From NCBI RefSeq assembly GCF_902713615.1, contig NW_024056027.1:124001-188000 (forward strand): DNA of 64,000 nt. Direction: 5' to 3'. Each line of letters opens with the position of its first letter. The stretch's first letter is position 1. Source of the DNA: Scyliorhinus canicula (lineage: Eukaryota). Below the pieces are notes generated by a model. That model did no database searches. It worked only from the letters and a program-made list of their open reading frames with translations, and was not told the origin of the DNA. The translations under genes and the position numbers were made by a program. Shown here piece by piece: positions 63,128-64,000 of the stretch.

Positions 63128-63424
63128 CGACACCGTCTCCACCCACTCTCTACAGCCTGGTCTCCTGTCAGCAACACAACACCGACGGCTCCGTCACCTA
63201 CGGCTGTTTGGCGATGGACTACTCCCCAGAAATCACCAGCCTTACCTGGAAGAAAGATGGGCAGCTGATCAGCACTGGAGTTAAGGAATACCCGTCAGTG
63301 AGAAACAAGAAGGGAACCTACACCCTGAGCAGCCAGTTAACCATCACCGAGTCAGAGGGGGAATGCAACAAAATCAGCTGTGAGGTTCGACACAGCGGCT
63401 CAGACAAGAGCATTGGAATGACAT
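63128..63424 (+). CDS. IGHM: Cmu1 exon of IgM heavy chain
   Basis: Acceptor CTCTCCCAG|CG and donor T|GTAAGT, 297 nt, phase 1-1. Reads (A)[98 protein letters not shown]. The GCLAMDYSP and [17 protein letters not shown] motifs are typical of shark IgM CH1. Confidence 0.95.
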
Positions 63425-63625
63425 GTAAGTGTTATGGAAACTGTGCGAAGCAGAACCGCTGTGATTACTTTATTTACACCTTTGGCTGTAACATATTTAT
63501 GATAAAGTGTGCCGTTCTGATTCCTGAGGAAAATATTGGCCGCAGAGAAACAGTTAAAATATAATAAATCATTTTATTTATCACACCATCTTCTGCAAGA
63601 AATGTCTAAATTGTGTTTCTTGAAG

Positions 63626-63934
63626 GCCCGCCTGGTGTCCCTCCACATGTTATCCTCACCGTGAGTTCCAGTGAAGAAATCACAAGACAGAAATTTGCAA
63701 CCATCGTCTGTTCAATTAACGATTTCCAGACAAATTCAATCACGGTGAAGTGGCTGAAGAATGGACAACCCATGGGTTCAGGAATTATCACCTCTCCCGC
63801 CTGTGAAGTGAACGGGAACTTCTCGGCGAACAGTCGGCTGACACTCTCCGCTGGGGAATGGTTCAGCAAAGCGGTCTATACCTGCCAGGTCACTCATCAA
63901 GAGGTCACCCAAAGTCACAACATCACCGCGTCTG
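63626..63934 (+). CDS. IGHM: Cmu2 exon of IgM heavy chain
   Basis: Acceptor TTTCTTGAAG|GC and donor G|GTAAGA, 309 nt. The splice creates a Cys codon (T+GC). Reads [34 protein letters not shown]...WLKNG...[16 protein letters not shown]...[19 protein letters not shown], with N-glycosylation sequons NFS and NIT. Confidence 0.95.
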
Positions 63935-64000
63935 GTAAGAGACACAAACAGAGGAAACAATAAATCATCCTGCACTCTGATGTTAATCCAAATCAGGAAT

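Noticed and set aside
44680-63934. Alternative call as IgW or IgNAR
   Set aside because: CH1 and CH2 motifs and the VH framework match shark IgM as I know it. A conventional VH with WVR and a CH1 domain excludes IgNAR.

Overview
Eukaryotic, repeat-rich genomic DNA from a cartilaginous fish (shark-type; the species cannot be fixed from the sequence alone). The only recognisable host gene is the 5' part of one immunoglobulin heavy-chain cluster on the + strand: leader (44506-44551), an intact VH (44680-44984, 23-RSS), a single D flanked by 12/12 RSSs (45422-45434), JH (45823-45870, 23-RSS), a 17.3-kb J-C intron, and IgM-type Cmu1 and Cmu2 exons (63128-63424, 63626-63934). The cluster runs off the right end of the window. 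The first 44 kb is mostly CR1 LINE fragments (one with a 743-codon open RT frame), a second CR1/L2-group LINE family, tRNA-derived SINEs, Penelope-like retroelement remnants carrying minimal hammerhead ribozymes, a roughly 5-6 kb old tandem duplication, minisatellites and a 294-N gap. The most notable observations are: (1) a roughly 3.7-kb G-rich, AGCT-rich 39-bp tandem array about 1.1 kb upstream of Cmu1, at the position and with the strand polarity of a tetrapod switch region, mirrored by a C-rich array and preceded by a candidate splice donor; (2) a V-D-J layout with one D instead of the canonical shark V-D1-D2-J. All coordinates were counted by hand, repeat boundaries are approximate, and no searches were run.
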